A stretch of 64,000 nucleotides of DNA. Source: an uncultured Methanoregulaceae archaeon (GTDB lineage Archaea > Halobacteriota > Methanomicrobia > Methanomicrobiales > Methanospirillaceae). Location of the stretch: contig OY970061.1 of assembly GCA_963705255.1 (NCBI GenBank), forward strand, positions 2,144,001 to 2,208,000, given 5' to 3'. The position numbers and the translations under genes were made by a program. A model generated the notes under the pieces. The model saw only the letters and a program-made list of their open reading frames with translations, ran no database searches and had not been told where the DNA came from. Position 1 is the first letter of the stretch. Each line of letters starts with the position of its first letter. Below are positions 8,908 through 18,527 of the stretch, one piece after another.

Positions 8908-10095
8908 ATGATTCGCCAATTAACAAACCCAAGAGAGCTTAGAGGACTTGCGATCCTCAGCCAGCCCGAATCGATTATCCAGATAAACAAGAATGAATGG
9001 GATGTTCATTCCCAGTCGAAGAATGCGTATTACAGGGTATTACGTCTATACAAGGATCGCCATGCTATAATGAGAGGTCAAGCGGAGTGGAGATGTACAT
9101 GCCCAGATTATACAACCCGCAACGTCATATGTAAGCATATCCACGCAGTTCAGCTCTCATTAAAAATTGCTGGCGATGTTCATGAACAGAGTACTCCGGC
9201 GTCAATTGAAGAAGCCGAACCAAAGATTACATGCCCGTCCTGCAAGAGCGCGAACATCAAGAAGTGGGGGATCCGGAAAACAACGTTTGGAGAGAACCAG
9301 CGATACCGCTGCAACGATTGTGGACACCGGTTTATCGTTGATAAGGGATTTTGCCGGATGAAGAACAGCCCGAAAACAATCACTCTTACCCTTGATCTCT
9401 ACTTTAAGGGAGTGTCACAGAGAAAGATTGTTGATCACCTTAAGCAGTTTGAGAATGTCGATGTTACACAGCCCACTATCCTGAGCTGGATCAAGAAATA
9501 CCTGAAACTCCTCGGCAAATACTCCGAGAAATACAAGGCAGAAGTCGGCAACATCTGGCACAGCGATGAAACAACGGTTTTCATCAAAAAGGAGGGCGAA
9601 AAGAAGTACTACCAGTGGATCTGGAATATTATGGATGCCAAGACGCGCTACCTTCTTGCCTGTGAGGTCACTGAGCACCGGTACGTGAACGATGCACGCA
9701 AGCCACTCCGGAAGGCAAAGGAAGCCGCTAGCCGCGCTCCGGATGCGATTGTAACCGATGGGTTACAAGCGTACCGCGATGCGGTTAAGGCTGAGTACTG
9801 GGGATTAAGCGAGAATGTCCTTAACCCGCACATCAGACTGAAGGATTTTGAGACAAAACCAAATAACAACATCCTTGAACGCCTGAATGGAACCTTCCGA
9901 GAGAGGACCAAAGTTTTCAGGAGTCTTGACAGCTCAGTGGGCGCTGAGGAGTTCGCCGCCGGTATGCAGACTTATTATAATTATCTCAGGCCACATCAGG
10001 GAATTGGTGGAATGGTTCCGGCTCAGATGGCAAATATCCCAATCAATCTTCTCGGGAACCGGTGGGAAACAATGATCGGGTTGGCGGTAAAATAG
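8908..10095 (+). CDS. IS6-type DDE transposase with SWIM finger and Zn ribbon (paralog of 3365-4549)
   Basis: CTCPDY...CKHIHAV; WHSDET, VTDGL, NNILERLN. Confidence 0.9.
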   Translation: MIRQLTNPRELRGLAILSQPESIIQINKNEWDVHSQSKNAYYRVLRLYKDRHAIMRGQAEWRCTCPDYTTRNVICKHIHAVQLSLKIAGDVHEQSTPASIEEAEPKITCPSCKSANIKKWGIRKTTFGENQRYRCNDCGHRFIVDKGFCRMKNSPKTITLTLDLYFKGVSQRKIVDHLKQFENVDVTQPTILSWIKKYLKLLGKYSEKYKAEVGNIWHSDETTVFIKKEGEKKYYQWIWNIMDAKTRYLLACEVTEHRYVNDARKPLRKAKEAASRAPDAIVTDGLQAYRDAVKAEYWGLSENVLNPHIRLKDFETKPNNNILERLNGTFRERTKVFRSLDSSVGAEEFAAGMQTYYNYLRPHQGIGGMVPAQMANIPINLLGNRWETMIGLAVK

Positions 10096-10102
10096 ACCAT
10101 GT

Positions 10103-10915
10103 TTATTCTTTAATATCGGGAATGTCCACTTTGTCTTTTTTCCCGCGCATTATATCTTCAAATTTTCCAATATATTTTTCATAATCTCTAACCGCGTCCA
10201 TATGTTCGTGAATTTCCGAATCGTCAATGTTTGAGGCAACGAATTTCTTTCCCTCTTCGTTCCCTTTTATAGCAGCCATTTGGAGGGGTCTGTTAATCCC
10301 ACCCGGATTCAGTTCAATTGCATGTATAAGAGCCCAAGCAGTGACCAATTTTGCTTGAGCAAGAGTGGGAATAGTCTGTTTCCAAAATATCCTACGCATC
10401 AATCCTAAAAACGGATCAATTATTTGTTGACCGCTTCCTATAGAGGCGAAAAAAATTTTTTGGCGGTGAGGCATTTTAAGCTCTGGTTGAAATTTCATCT
10501 GATCAAATTCGCATAAATGTAAATCATCGCCGTGCGTATACGCTATTAAGGCTCCATAACCAAATCCAACAGTATTTCCGGGTTGATTATAAAATGGGTT
10601 TGTTGAATGGAAATTTTGGACCGTTTTTTGTGCTAGATTTCTCATTGCCTCTTCAGGGTGTTTTTCTTTGTAAAAACTATCTTTTGGAATTTGGGGCTCT
10701 TTGAGTTCTCCCAGTTCTTTGTAAATAATATTGCAAAAACGTTGACCTAATCCAATTTCACCTGTACCTGCAACGATAACCTTGTCTCCAATGATTTCGA
10801 TTTTTCTATGAGGTTGTTCTATAGTGCGAAAATACGGAGGTATACCAAAAGTTGCTGAACTATCTGTGCCAATAATAATTCCATCACTGCATATGATACC
10901 AATAACCGCTGTCAA
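10103..10915 (-). CDS. Ntn-hydrolase / proteasome beta-like protein
   Basis: M-T-AVIGIICSDGIIIGTDSSAT start (Thr nucleophile position), KIEII, AGTG, ASIGSG, PGGIN. Confidence 0.75.
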   Translation of the reverse strand: MTAVIGIICSDGIIIGTDSSATFGIPPYFRTIEQPHRKIEIIGDKVIVAGTGEIGLGQRFCNIIYKELGELKEPQIPKDSFYKEKHPEEAMRNLAQKTVQNFHSTNPFYNQPGNTVGFGYGALIAYTHGDDLHLCEFDQMKFQPELKMPHRQKIFFASIGSGQQIIDPFLGLMRRIFWKQTIPTLAQAKLVTAWALIHAIELNPGGINRPLQMAAIKGNEEGKKFVASNIDDSEIHEHMDAVRDYEKYIGKFEDIMRGKKDKVDIPDIKE

Positions 10916-10921
10916 AAAATA

Positions 10922-11344
10922 TTACCCTCGAAAAACACTATTTTCACGCATTTCTGGATATGCAGTATATATTGCACCAATTAGCTGAGCAAATGAAACG
11001 CTCCTCACCCATTCTGATAGACGGGTAAGGTAATCTTGATCGCTTTGGGATAATTTGTTAAGTTCAGCTTTTGCTCTTTGTACGCCATCTGGTGTTAACT
11101 TGTATAATCTACGTTTTGCGTAAGGTCCTCCTACGATTTCAACAGATCCCTCATCCGACAGTTCTTCTAATCTATGATAGATTTCAGGATCATACGGCCC
11201 GTAGTCATACGGGATAAAATTAAAGATCCCGCCTTTATTTGTTCGCTCTTGAAAAAGAAAGATCAATTTTTGGATCTGTACCGGTTGATAAGAGGCGCCA
11301 TTGGCCGCTGCCATACATGCAAGTACCAAGTCTTTCTGTTCCAT
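10922..11344 (-). CDS. Panacea/SocA-like (YwgA-like) wHTH protein
   Basis: VQIQKLIFLF, FIPYDYGPYDPEIY..LEEL, YKLTPDG; likely start MEQKDL. Confidence 0.7.
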   Translation of the reverse strand: MEQKDLVLACMAAANGASYQPVQIQKLIFLFQERTNKGGIFNFIPYDYGPYDPEIYHRLEELSDEGSVEIVGGPYAKRRLYKLTPDGVQRAKAELNKLSQSDQDYLTRLSEWVRSVSFAQLIGAIYTAYPEMRENSVFRG

Positions 11345-11577
11345 AATCAGAATCCCTTTCTCCTCGCGCTCGGGATACCGCGCCTTATTTAAATACGCTG
11401 ATAATCTAAAAACAATTCTTCTCTTGACGATCAAAGTATATAAGTCTTTTATTAAATTTAGAATTTTATAGTATATATTAAATGCAAAATTCCATTTAGG
11501 AGTGCTCACGCGCTTTACCCCCCGCGACTTATCACTTGCTTCCAAATTTATCAACCACCCTTTAACTTATCAGCACC

Positions 11578-11585
11578 ATTTTAGC
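11578..11585. repeat. 8-bp target site ATTTTAGC, copy 3 (junction with host promoter)
   Basis: ATCAGCACC-ATTTTAGC-TAAGA-TTTATATA. Confidence 0.9.
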
Positions 11586-11590
11586 TAAGA

Positions 11591-11598
11591 TTTATATA
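11591..11598 (+). promoter_or_regulatory. Probable TATA box of thermosome gene
   Basis: TTTATATA 40 bp before ATG; GGTGA RBS-like motif at 11629-11633. Confidence 0.7.
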
Positions 11599-11638
11599 GA
11601 ACCACAAACCAATTTTAGTGCTAAAAGTGGTGATTTTT

Positions 11639-13304
11639 ATGTCACAGCAACTTGGAGGACAGCAGATACTTATTCTCAAGGAAGGCAGCACCCGTACCCG
11701 CGGCCGCGACGCCCAGGGTATGAACATCACCGCCGCAAAGGCAGTGGCAAGTGCAGTCAGGACCACGCTTGGTCCCAAGGGCATGGACAAGATGCTCGTC
11801 GACACAATCGGCGACGTAGTAATCACGAATGACGGTGTCACGATCCTCAAGGAAATGGACATCGAGCACCCGGCCGCAAAGATGATGGTCGAGGTAGCAA
11901 AGACCCAGGACGATGAAGTCGGCGACGGTACCACCACCGCGGTCGTCATCGCAGGGGAACTCTTAAAGAAGGCAGAGGACCTTCTCGAGCAGGACGTCCA
12001 CCCGACCATCATCGCAGCCGGCTACCGCCAGGCTGCCGAGAAGGCGCAGGCTCTCTTAAAAGACCTCGCCTTCGATGTCAAAGCAACGGACAAGGCCCTC
12101 TTAAGGAACATTGCAAGCACCGCGATGACCGGCAAGGGCGCGGAGGCATCCAAGGACAAACTCTGCGACCTCGTTGTCAGGGCAGTGACCATGGTCACTG
12201 ACGATGACGGCAAGGTCGACATTGAGAACATCAAGGTCGAGAAGAAGACCGGTGGCTCAATCGAGGACTCCGAGATTGTTGAGGGAGTGCTCATCGACAA
12301 GGAACGCGTCCACCCCTCGATGCCCAAGAAGGTTGTCAATGCAAAGATCCTTCTCCTGAACGCAGCAGTCGAGTTCAAGAAGACCGAAGTCGACGCCGAG
12401 ATCAACATCACCAGCCCCGACCAGCTGCAGGCATTCCTCGATGAGGAAGAGCGCATGGTCAAGGGTATCGTTGACAAGATCGTCAAGAGCGGCGCAAACG
12501 TCCTCTTCTGCCAGAAAGGTATCGACGATATCGCCCAGCATTACCTTGCCAAGGCAGGGCTCTTTGCAACCCGCCGCGTCAAAAAGAGCGACATGGAGAA
12601 ACTCGCCCGCGCAACCGGTGCAACCCTCGTCTCCTCGATCGACGCGATCAGCAAGGAAGAGCTCGGAAAGGCCGGACTTGTCGAGGAACGCAAGGTTGGC
12701 GGCGAAGAGATGACCTTTGTCGAGCAGTGCAAGAACCCGAAAGCAGTCTCGATCATTATCAAGGGCGGCACTGAGCACGTTGTCGACGAACTCGAGCGTG
12801 CCATCCATGATGCACTCCGCGTTGTCGGTGTCGTTGTCGAGGACAAAAAGGTTGTTGCCGGCGGCGGTGCAATCGAGACCGAACTCTCGCTCCGTCTCCG
12901 CGAGTACCGGCTCAACCGTTGGCGGCAGGGCACAGCTCGCCATCGAGGCCTTCGCATCAGCCCTCGAAGTCATCCCGCGCACCCTTGCAGAAAATGCAGG
13001 TCTCGACCCCATCGATATGCTCGTCGAGATCCGTGCAGCCCACGAGAAGGGCAAGAAATCCCACGGCCTCAACGTCTTCGAAGGCAAGGCAGTCGATATG
13101 AAGGCAGCCGGCGTTGTCGAGCCGCTCCGGGTCAAGACCCAGGCCATCTCTTCTGCGGCAGAAGCGGCGGTCATGATCCTGCGTATTGACGATGTCATCG
13201 CATCGTCCAAGTCCCCCTCACCCGGGCCCGAGGGAATGCCTCCGGGCGGCATGGGCGGTATGGGTGGAATGGGCGGCATGCCTCCGGGCATGGGCGACTA
13301 CTAA
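11639..13304 (+). CDS. ths: Thermosome (group II chaperonin) subunit; apparent frameshift near 12908
   Basis: [26 protein letters not shown] tail; two overlapping ORFs rebuild the full protein. Confidence 0.97.
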
Positions 13305-13309
13305 ACCCG

Positions 13310-13340
13310 ATTTTTTACATTTTTTCCCGTTCTTTTTTCT
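13310..13340 (+). terminator. Oligo-T archaeal terminator region
   Basis: Successive T-tracts directly after thermosome stop. Confidence 0.5.
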
Positions 13341-13483
13341 GAATCCGGCTGTATTCAGGGTGTACCCGAACCGTTTCTTTCGAAAATTGTCTGCCGAATT
13401 GATCCTAATTCTGCCTGCCGGATTATCCACGAATACCTCTCCCGGCATACAAGAGAAAATAAAAAGAGTGATAGGTCTCCTGA

Positions 13484-14078
13484 TCAGGAGGTTGTTGTGG
13501 GGGTCGGTGCAGCTGTGATGATGCTTCCTCCGACAAGTGACGCACCCTTCTGGATGATGATAGTACCCGGTTACATTGGGGTAGTAACCATCGACAAACT
13601 GATAGGTGCCTGGGGTCTCCCCGAAAGAAAAGCTGAACAATGCGCCGGGTACCATAGCTCCGGAATTGAAAATCCCTGTTGCCTTGACCGAGTGGACGAT
13701 GGTATCATCGTTTCTCCACGTAACCGAGGTTCCCGGAAGGACCATAAGTGTCGCCGGCGTGAACGTGTTGTTCGCGATATGGATGATCGTGACCGTGGTG
13801 GAGGGTGTCATGACCGCGGTCGGGGTCTGGGTCAGGGAGGGCAGTTCAGTCGGCGAAACCGGAGGAGTCGAGTTTGCCATTGTCGCATTCGCCATTATTT
13901 CTGTCGTAGGAACCGGCGTTGCAACAGTGGTTACAACCGTTGTTTCGACCGTGGGGGCAACTGTTGTGACTACCGTTGTCGGCGCTGTGGTCACCTGTGC
14001 AGGTTTTGCCTGCTGCGTGCATCCGCTGGCCGCAACAAGGACAATGAACAAAAGAACCAAGCCAATACAGTATTTCAT
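13484..14078 (-). CDS. Lipoprotein with Thr-rich linker and cupredoxin-like domain (frameshift near 13570)
   Basis: ASGCTQ lipobox; FTPATLMVLPGTSVTWRNDD..HSV...PGTYQF. Confidence 0.75.
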
Positions 14079-14383
14079 GGACAGTAAATTGAATTCGCCC
14101 TCTAATTAAATTTACTCCCCAGACTTCGGGTGTTTTCCTCCAATTCCCGTGAACTGTGGCGTTGATGCAAAAATGTCGTATAATTTACGGCCGGACCGGT
14201 TTTGTTGTGCGGCCTATGCGGTTAACCGCTCTTGTACCGGTGGCGGGTCGGCATGACTGCACTCCAGGGGTGGTCCGGCAAAAGAAACTGGCAACAGGCA
14301 CACCCTGGCGTTCTTTCATGGATTTTCTGTTTCCCTGCATATCAGACAACAGATTAATGAACACCGACGCATCAGTACCTCCC

Positions 14384-14749
14384 ATGAGCGACCGGTTCAT
14401 CTTTACAAAATACCGCACAGACTGCTACCATTGTAAAGAGCTTGCCGACCAGATCATCAAGGCAGTGCCGTACCAGGCCCAGGTCGCGTGTAACAACTGC
14501 GGTGCAACGCGGGTTTTTGTCCCCCGCAGCGAAGATGTCGATGCGGCAGGGACGCTCACCCGGATCGGAAAGTATCCCGTATGGGAGCTGGTGCAGGACG
14601 CCACGTGCCGGAACTGTAAAATTACCGGCCCCCACGATGTGATCGTGAGTTCACGGCACCTCACCGTCCGCTGCCGGAACTGCCATTTCACGCACTTCTA
14701 CAAATTCGATCTCGAATATATAGCCAAGGATGAGCTGAAAGCACCGTGA
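14384..14749 (+). CDS. Zinc-finger hypothetical protein
   Basis: Four CxxC pairs in two repeats. Confidence 0.75.
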   Translation: MSDRFIFTKYRTDCYHCKELADQIIKAVPYQAQVACNNCGATRVFVPRSEDVDAAGTLTRIGKYPVWELVQDATCRNCKITGPHDVIVSSRHLTVRCRNCHFTHFYKFDLEYIAKDELKAP

Positions 14750-14770
14750 CCAGGTCCACGTGACCGGTTG

Positions 14771-15493
14771 TCAGCAGGATCCCGATGAGCTCAGGACCGG
14801 ATAGGTATCTGCGTACAACTCGAGAACGGCTTCAAGCCGGCTTTTCAGCTTCTCATTTCTCGCGATAAGGAAGAATACGATTTCATTGTCCGTGATCGTC
14901 AGTGGGTCTGCACCTGCGATCTCTGCAAGCTGATTGCAGCGGTGCCGGACGTATCCGTCACGCTTCAGCCGGGGAAAGTGCTGGTAGATGACGAGGATCG
15001 AGTGATCGTCCATGCCTTTCGCGATCCTTTCCACTTCTTCGAAAAGCAGGTGTTTTTCCGTGGGCCTGCTCTCTTCCAGCCCGATATCCGGGTCAAGGAA
15101 TATCAGGGTTTTCTTGGGCAGGCGGGACAGTATCGTGTCGAAATACCGGCTGCGCCCCTGATGGGAGAACTGCTCTTTGTGGAGAATATCAACGAGAATA
15201 TTTTCCTTTTTGAAATAATCGTGGATTGTCTGGAAATATTCGAGATCGTTGTCGATCTCCTGCAACCGCTCCATGTGGGTTACAAGATCCCTGTTCTGGC
15301 TTCCCGCCCTGCCGAGTTTTGTCGCTTTTTTGAGATCCCGTACCGCGCTCTTCTTTCTGCCTGCCTGTAGCGGGGTATCGGTCAGCATCGGGATAAAAGT
15401 AAAACTGTCAAAGACCGGCATGGCTTTCATGATGTGGCGCACGAGGTCAAACTTAAAAAGATCCCGCGTGTCGCCAAAATAGGTACGGTTCAT
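14771..15493 (-). CDS. Conserved hypothetical protein
   Basis: 240-aa ORF, YFGDTRDLFKFDL and LIFLDPDIGL motifs. Confidence 0.75.
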   Translation of the reverse strand: MNRTYFGDTRDLFKFDLVRHIMKAMPVFDSFTFIPMLTDTPLQAGRKKSAVRDLKKATKLGRAGSQNRDLVTHMERLQEIDNDLEYFQTIHDYFKKENILVDILHKEQFSHQGRSRYFDTILSRLPKKTLIFLDPDIGLEESRPTEKHLLFEEVERIAKGMDDHSILVIYQHFPRLKRDGYVRHRCNQLAEIAGADPLTITDNEIVFFLIARNEKLKSRLEAVLELYADTYPVLSSSGSC

Positions 15494-15658
15494 CAGATCA
15501 TCCTCATGCGGTGATATTCGGGTATTGAATAAAAATGTTATGAATTGGGTACCGGTTTTCCCTTCAGGATAAATACCGGCAATTTACTGCCGCAAACTTG
15601 AGTTTTATGCCGCACATTCCACCCGTTTTTGGCGGATGGAAAAAGGTGAATACGAACC

Positions 15659-15919
15659 CTACTTCTCTTCCCGTACCATGGTTATTGCCTTTTTCGGGCA
15701 CTCGTTTGCGCAGATACCGCAGCCCTTGCAGAAGTCCAGGTCAATGGCAAGCTCTTCATCGATGGCCGCATCCGGGCAGTACGTCTGGCAGAGCCCGCAT
15801 TCGTTGCACTTCTCCTTATCCACAACGGGACGGAATACCCTCCATGTCCCGGTCTTTCCGGCTGCGCCCACAACGGGCCTGCTCATGGCGAGGCGTTCGC
15901 GTTTTGTGTCGCTCGTCAT
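15659..15919 (-). CDS. porD: 2-oxoacid:ferredoxin oxidoreductase delta subunit
   Basis: KTGTWRVFRP, two 4Fe-4S motifs. Confidence 0.9.
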   Translation of the reverse strand: MTSDTKRERLAMSRPVVGAAGKTGTWRVFRPVVDKEKCNECGLCQTYCPDAAIDEELAIDLDFCKGCGICANECPKKAITMVREEK

Positions 15920-15931
15920 GGATAAACCTCC

Positions 15932-16444
15932 TTATAGGCAGACTTCGGCTGCCTTGACATTGCGCTCATCGGTGAACATCTCCCTGATGGCCTTTATTGC
16001 CGATTCGGATGAGACGATCCCCATCCTGGCAAGAGCCCCTATCACCGGTGTGTTCAGGATCGGGCTTCCTGCCACGACAAGGTTCTCCTTCAGTGCAATC
16101 CCGGTCAGGTCGACATGGCCAGACGAAAAGCCCTTGAATTCCTTTGCATGGGCGCTGTTGATCAGCACCCTTCCGCCGGATTTGAGCCCCTGCAGGACAT
16201 CGACCACATCCATAACACTTGCGTCCAGCACGATTACCATGTCGGGTTTTTTGATCTGGCTGTAGACCCTGATCGGCTTGTCATCGATCCGGACGAACGA
16301 GACGATCGGCGCCCCCCTGCGCTCGGCACCGTAAAACGGTGCCGCGGTTGCATATTTCCCATCATGGATGGCCGCGAGCGCGAGGAGCCTGGCTGCAGTG
16401 ACGCCTCCCTGCCCGCCCCGCGAATGGATCCGGATCTCATACAT
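15932..16444 (-). CDS. porC: 2-oxoacid:ferredoxin oxidoreductase gamma subunit
   Basis: EIRIHSRGGQG, YGAERRGAP. Confidence 0.9.
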   Translation of the reverse strand: MYEIRIHSRGGQGGVTAARLLALAAIHDGKYATAAPFYGAERRGAPIVSFVRIDDKPIRVYSQIKKPDMVIVLDASVMDVVDVLQGLKSGGRVLINSAHAKEFKGFSSGHVDLTGIALKENLVVAGSPILNTPVIGALARMGIVSSESAIKAIREMFTDERNVKAAEVCL

Positions 16445-17549
16445 GGCTGTTCACCCCGAACCAGGACTCCGTACCCATGCGCCGTTTCCGCACGAACCCG
16501 GCAACGTCATCAAATGTGACTTCCTGCCCCCCGATACCGGCGATTACGCTGAATACATCTTTTTTGGTCTGGGCCACGATGGATGTCGCAAGAATGCCCC
16601 CGTGCCCGAAGGAATAGTCGCGGTCGATCACGATCACCTCTTTTCCGGCAAGGTCCAGTTTCGGGAACGGGCGGAGCCAGCGCAGGCGCATCGAACCGGC
16701 TTTTACGCCCTCGCTGCGGAGCTGGTCAACCGCGACTTCCGCCTCCTTCCCAAGCGTGCCCATGGCTACGACGACCACCTCAGCATCCCCACACCGGTAA
16801 TCCTCGGTGAACCCGTACTTCCGGCCGAACCGCCGTGCGAATTCCTTTTCAGTCTCTTCGATCACCTTCACCGAGTCCCGCATCGAGCGCTCCATATCCC
16901 AGCGGAACCTGAACTGCTGGTCCGGGCCGGTGAGTCCCCCGTACCCGGCCGGATTGTTCACATCTATGGCATGCGGCAGGTGCATCGGGGGAATGAAATC
17001 CCCGATATCCACCGTTTCAAGCGGCTGCATGATATGGGAGAGCAGGAACCCGTCGAGGTTTACCATCACCGGCAGGAGGACGTCGTTATGTTCTGCGATC
17101 CGGAATGCCATCAGGGCTGCGTCATAGGCTTCCTGCACGGTGCTGACATAGACCTGCAGCCAGCCGGTGTCCCGCTCCTGCATGGCGTCCGTGTGCTCCG
17201 CCCAGATGTTCCAGCCGGGCCCGAGCGAGCGGTTGACGTTGGCCATGACCACGGGAAGTCTCGCGCCGGCAGCCCAGTTGGTCATCTCATGCATGTAGAG
17301 GAGCCCGTGGGAGCTGGTTGCCGTAAAGGTGCGGACCCCGGTGATGCTCGCGCCGATACAGGCCGCCATGGCGGAATGCTCGCTCTCGACCGGAATGTAC
17401 CGGGCCTTCAGTTCTCCGCTGGACACGAACTCCGCGATCTGTTCCACGATCTCGGTCTGCGGGGTGATGGGGTAGGCTGCGATCACTTCGGGCTGTGCCT
17501 GCTTTACTGCTTCGGCCACCGCCTTGTTGCCGGTCGCGATCTTCTTCAT
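16437..17549 (-). CDS. porA: 2-oxoacid:ferredoxin oxidoreductase alpha subunit
   Basis: AYPITPQT, VESEHSA, TATSSHGL. Confidence 0.92.
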   Translation of the reverse strand: MKKIATGNKAVAEAVKQAQPEVIAAYPITPQTEIVEQIAEFVSSGELKARYIPVESEHSAMAACIGASITGVRTFTATSSHGLLYMHEMTNWAAGARLPVVMANVNRSLGPGWNIWAEHTDAMQERDTGWLQVYVSTVQEAYDAALMAFRIAEHNDVLLPVMVNLDGFLLSHIMQPLETVDIGDFIPPMHLPHAIDVNNPAGYGGLTGPDQQFRFRWDMERSMRDSVKVIEETEKEFARRFGRKYGFTEDYRCGDAEVVVVAMGTLGKEAEVAVDQLRSEGVKAGSMRLRWLRPFPKLDLAGKEVIVIDRDYSFGHGGILATSIVAQTKKDVFSVIAGIGGQEVTFDDVAGFVRKRRMGTESWFGVNSHV

Positions 17550-18434
17550 GGTGCCGCCTCCTCTGCTGCGAGTTTCTGCAGGTTCCTGGTGAGCCGCTGC
17601 CGGAGAATCTCAACAGTCTTCGGATCGATCCCCTTGAACCTCCCCTGGGGTGCAAGATATTCCTCGAGAGGTACCGGTTTTTTTATTGCCGCTTTCGACT
17701 GTGGTCCGATGGTCAGCTTCCCGTACTCGCGCTCGTAGAGCACCCACATGCCCGATCTGACGGCAAGCTTGCCCATCTCGACGCTCTTTTCCGTGGAATA
17801 ACGCCAGCCGGGCGGGCACGGGGCAAGGACGTGGATGAATGTCGGGCCGCGGAAAGTAAGGGCTTTTGCGACCTTCTTGAACAGGTCCTGCGGGTAGGCA
17901 GCGCACGCGGTGGCCTGGTATGGAGGTTCATGGGCGGCGATGATCCTGTCGATGTCCTTCTTCACATCGGTTTTTCCGGTGGGTGTCGTCGTTGTTTTCG
18001 CACCGAGCGGCGTCGCGCTGGACCGCTGCATACCGGTATTGCCGTAGGCCTCGTTGTCATAACAGATGTAGAGGAAATCGGTACCCCGCTCAAAGGCGCC
18101 TGACATGGACTGGATGCCGATATCGAGCGTCCCCCCGTCGCCAGCGTACACGATTACGTTCGTCTTTTTTCCTGCCGCCCGGAACGCGTTGCTCATGCCG
18201 CTGGCGCATGCAGTCTGCCGCACCGAACGCGATGTTGTAGACCGGGATATTGAAGGCGGTATTCGGGTAGATTCCCTGGATGACACTTGTACAGCAGGCA
18301 GGCACGACCAGCACGGTGTCGGGCCCTGCCGCCTTGAGCACGTACCGCAGTGCGAGCGAATCGCTGCACCCGGCACAAGCCGAAGTACATTTCAGGATAT
18401 ATTCTTCTTTCGGGATTTCGGCGATAGTATCCAA
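17546..18434 (-). CDS. porB: 2-oxoacid:ferredoxin oxidoreductase beta subunit (frameshift near 18215)
   Basis: ACAGC, GDGGTLDIG, YDNEAYGNTGMQRS, PCPPGW across two ORFs. Confidence 0.9.
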
Positions 18435-18527
18435 CTCCTGCAGTGAATGAACGGGACTGGTGAAAGCGACAAGACGGTCGCGGTTCTATCATTATTTATC
18501 ATCATGATTCATGAAAAAAGTATCATA

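Larger units (their letters stand above)
6123..11577 (+). mobile_element. Complete cargo transposon, element 3 (5455 bp)
   Basis: Left end GGTTCTGATTAGTT, right end AACTTATCAGCACC; ~60-bp ends homologous to element 2 ends; ATTTTAGC on both sides. Confidence 0.88.

Noticed and set aside
1647-11585. CAGAACC-ATTTTAGC-GGTTCTG read as a tyrosine-recombinase (dif/attC/lox-like) site of an integron-like array
   Set aside because: No tyrosine or serine recombinase is present, each unit has its own DDE transposase, and the last copy has only the left arm; abutting IRs around an 8-bp TSD explain it better.
11596-11624. CIRCE-like element upstream of the chaperonin (TAGTGCTAA half-site)
   Set aside because: No matching left half at 9-bp spacing and no hrcA in view.
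12257-17738. Long antisense ORFs (e.g. 12257-13291, 16368-17738)
   Set aside because: Shadow frames of GC-rich, codon-biased genes on the opposite strand.
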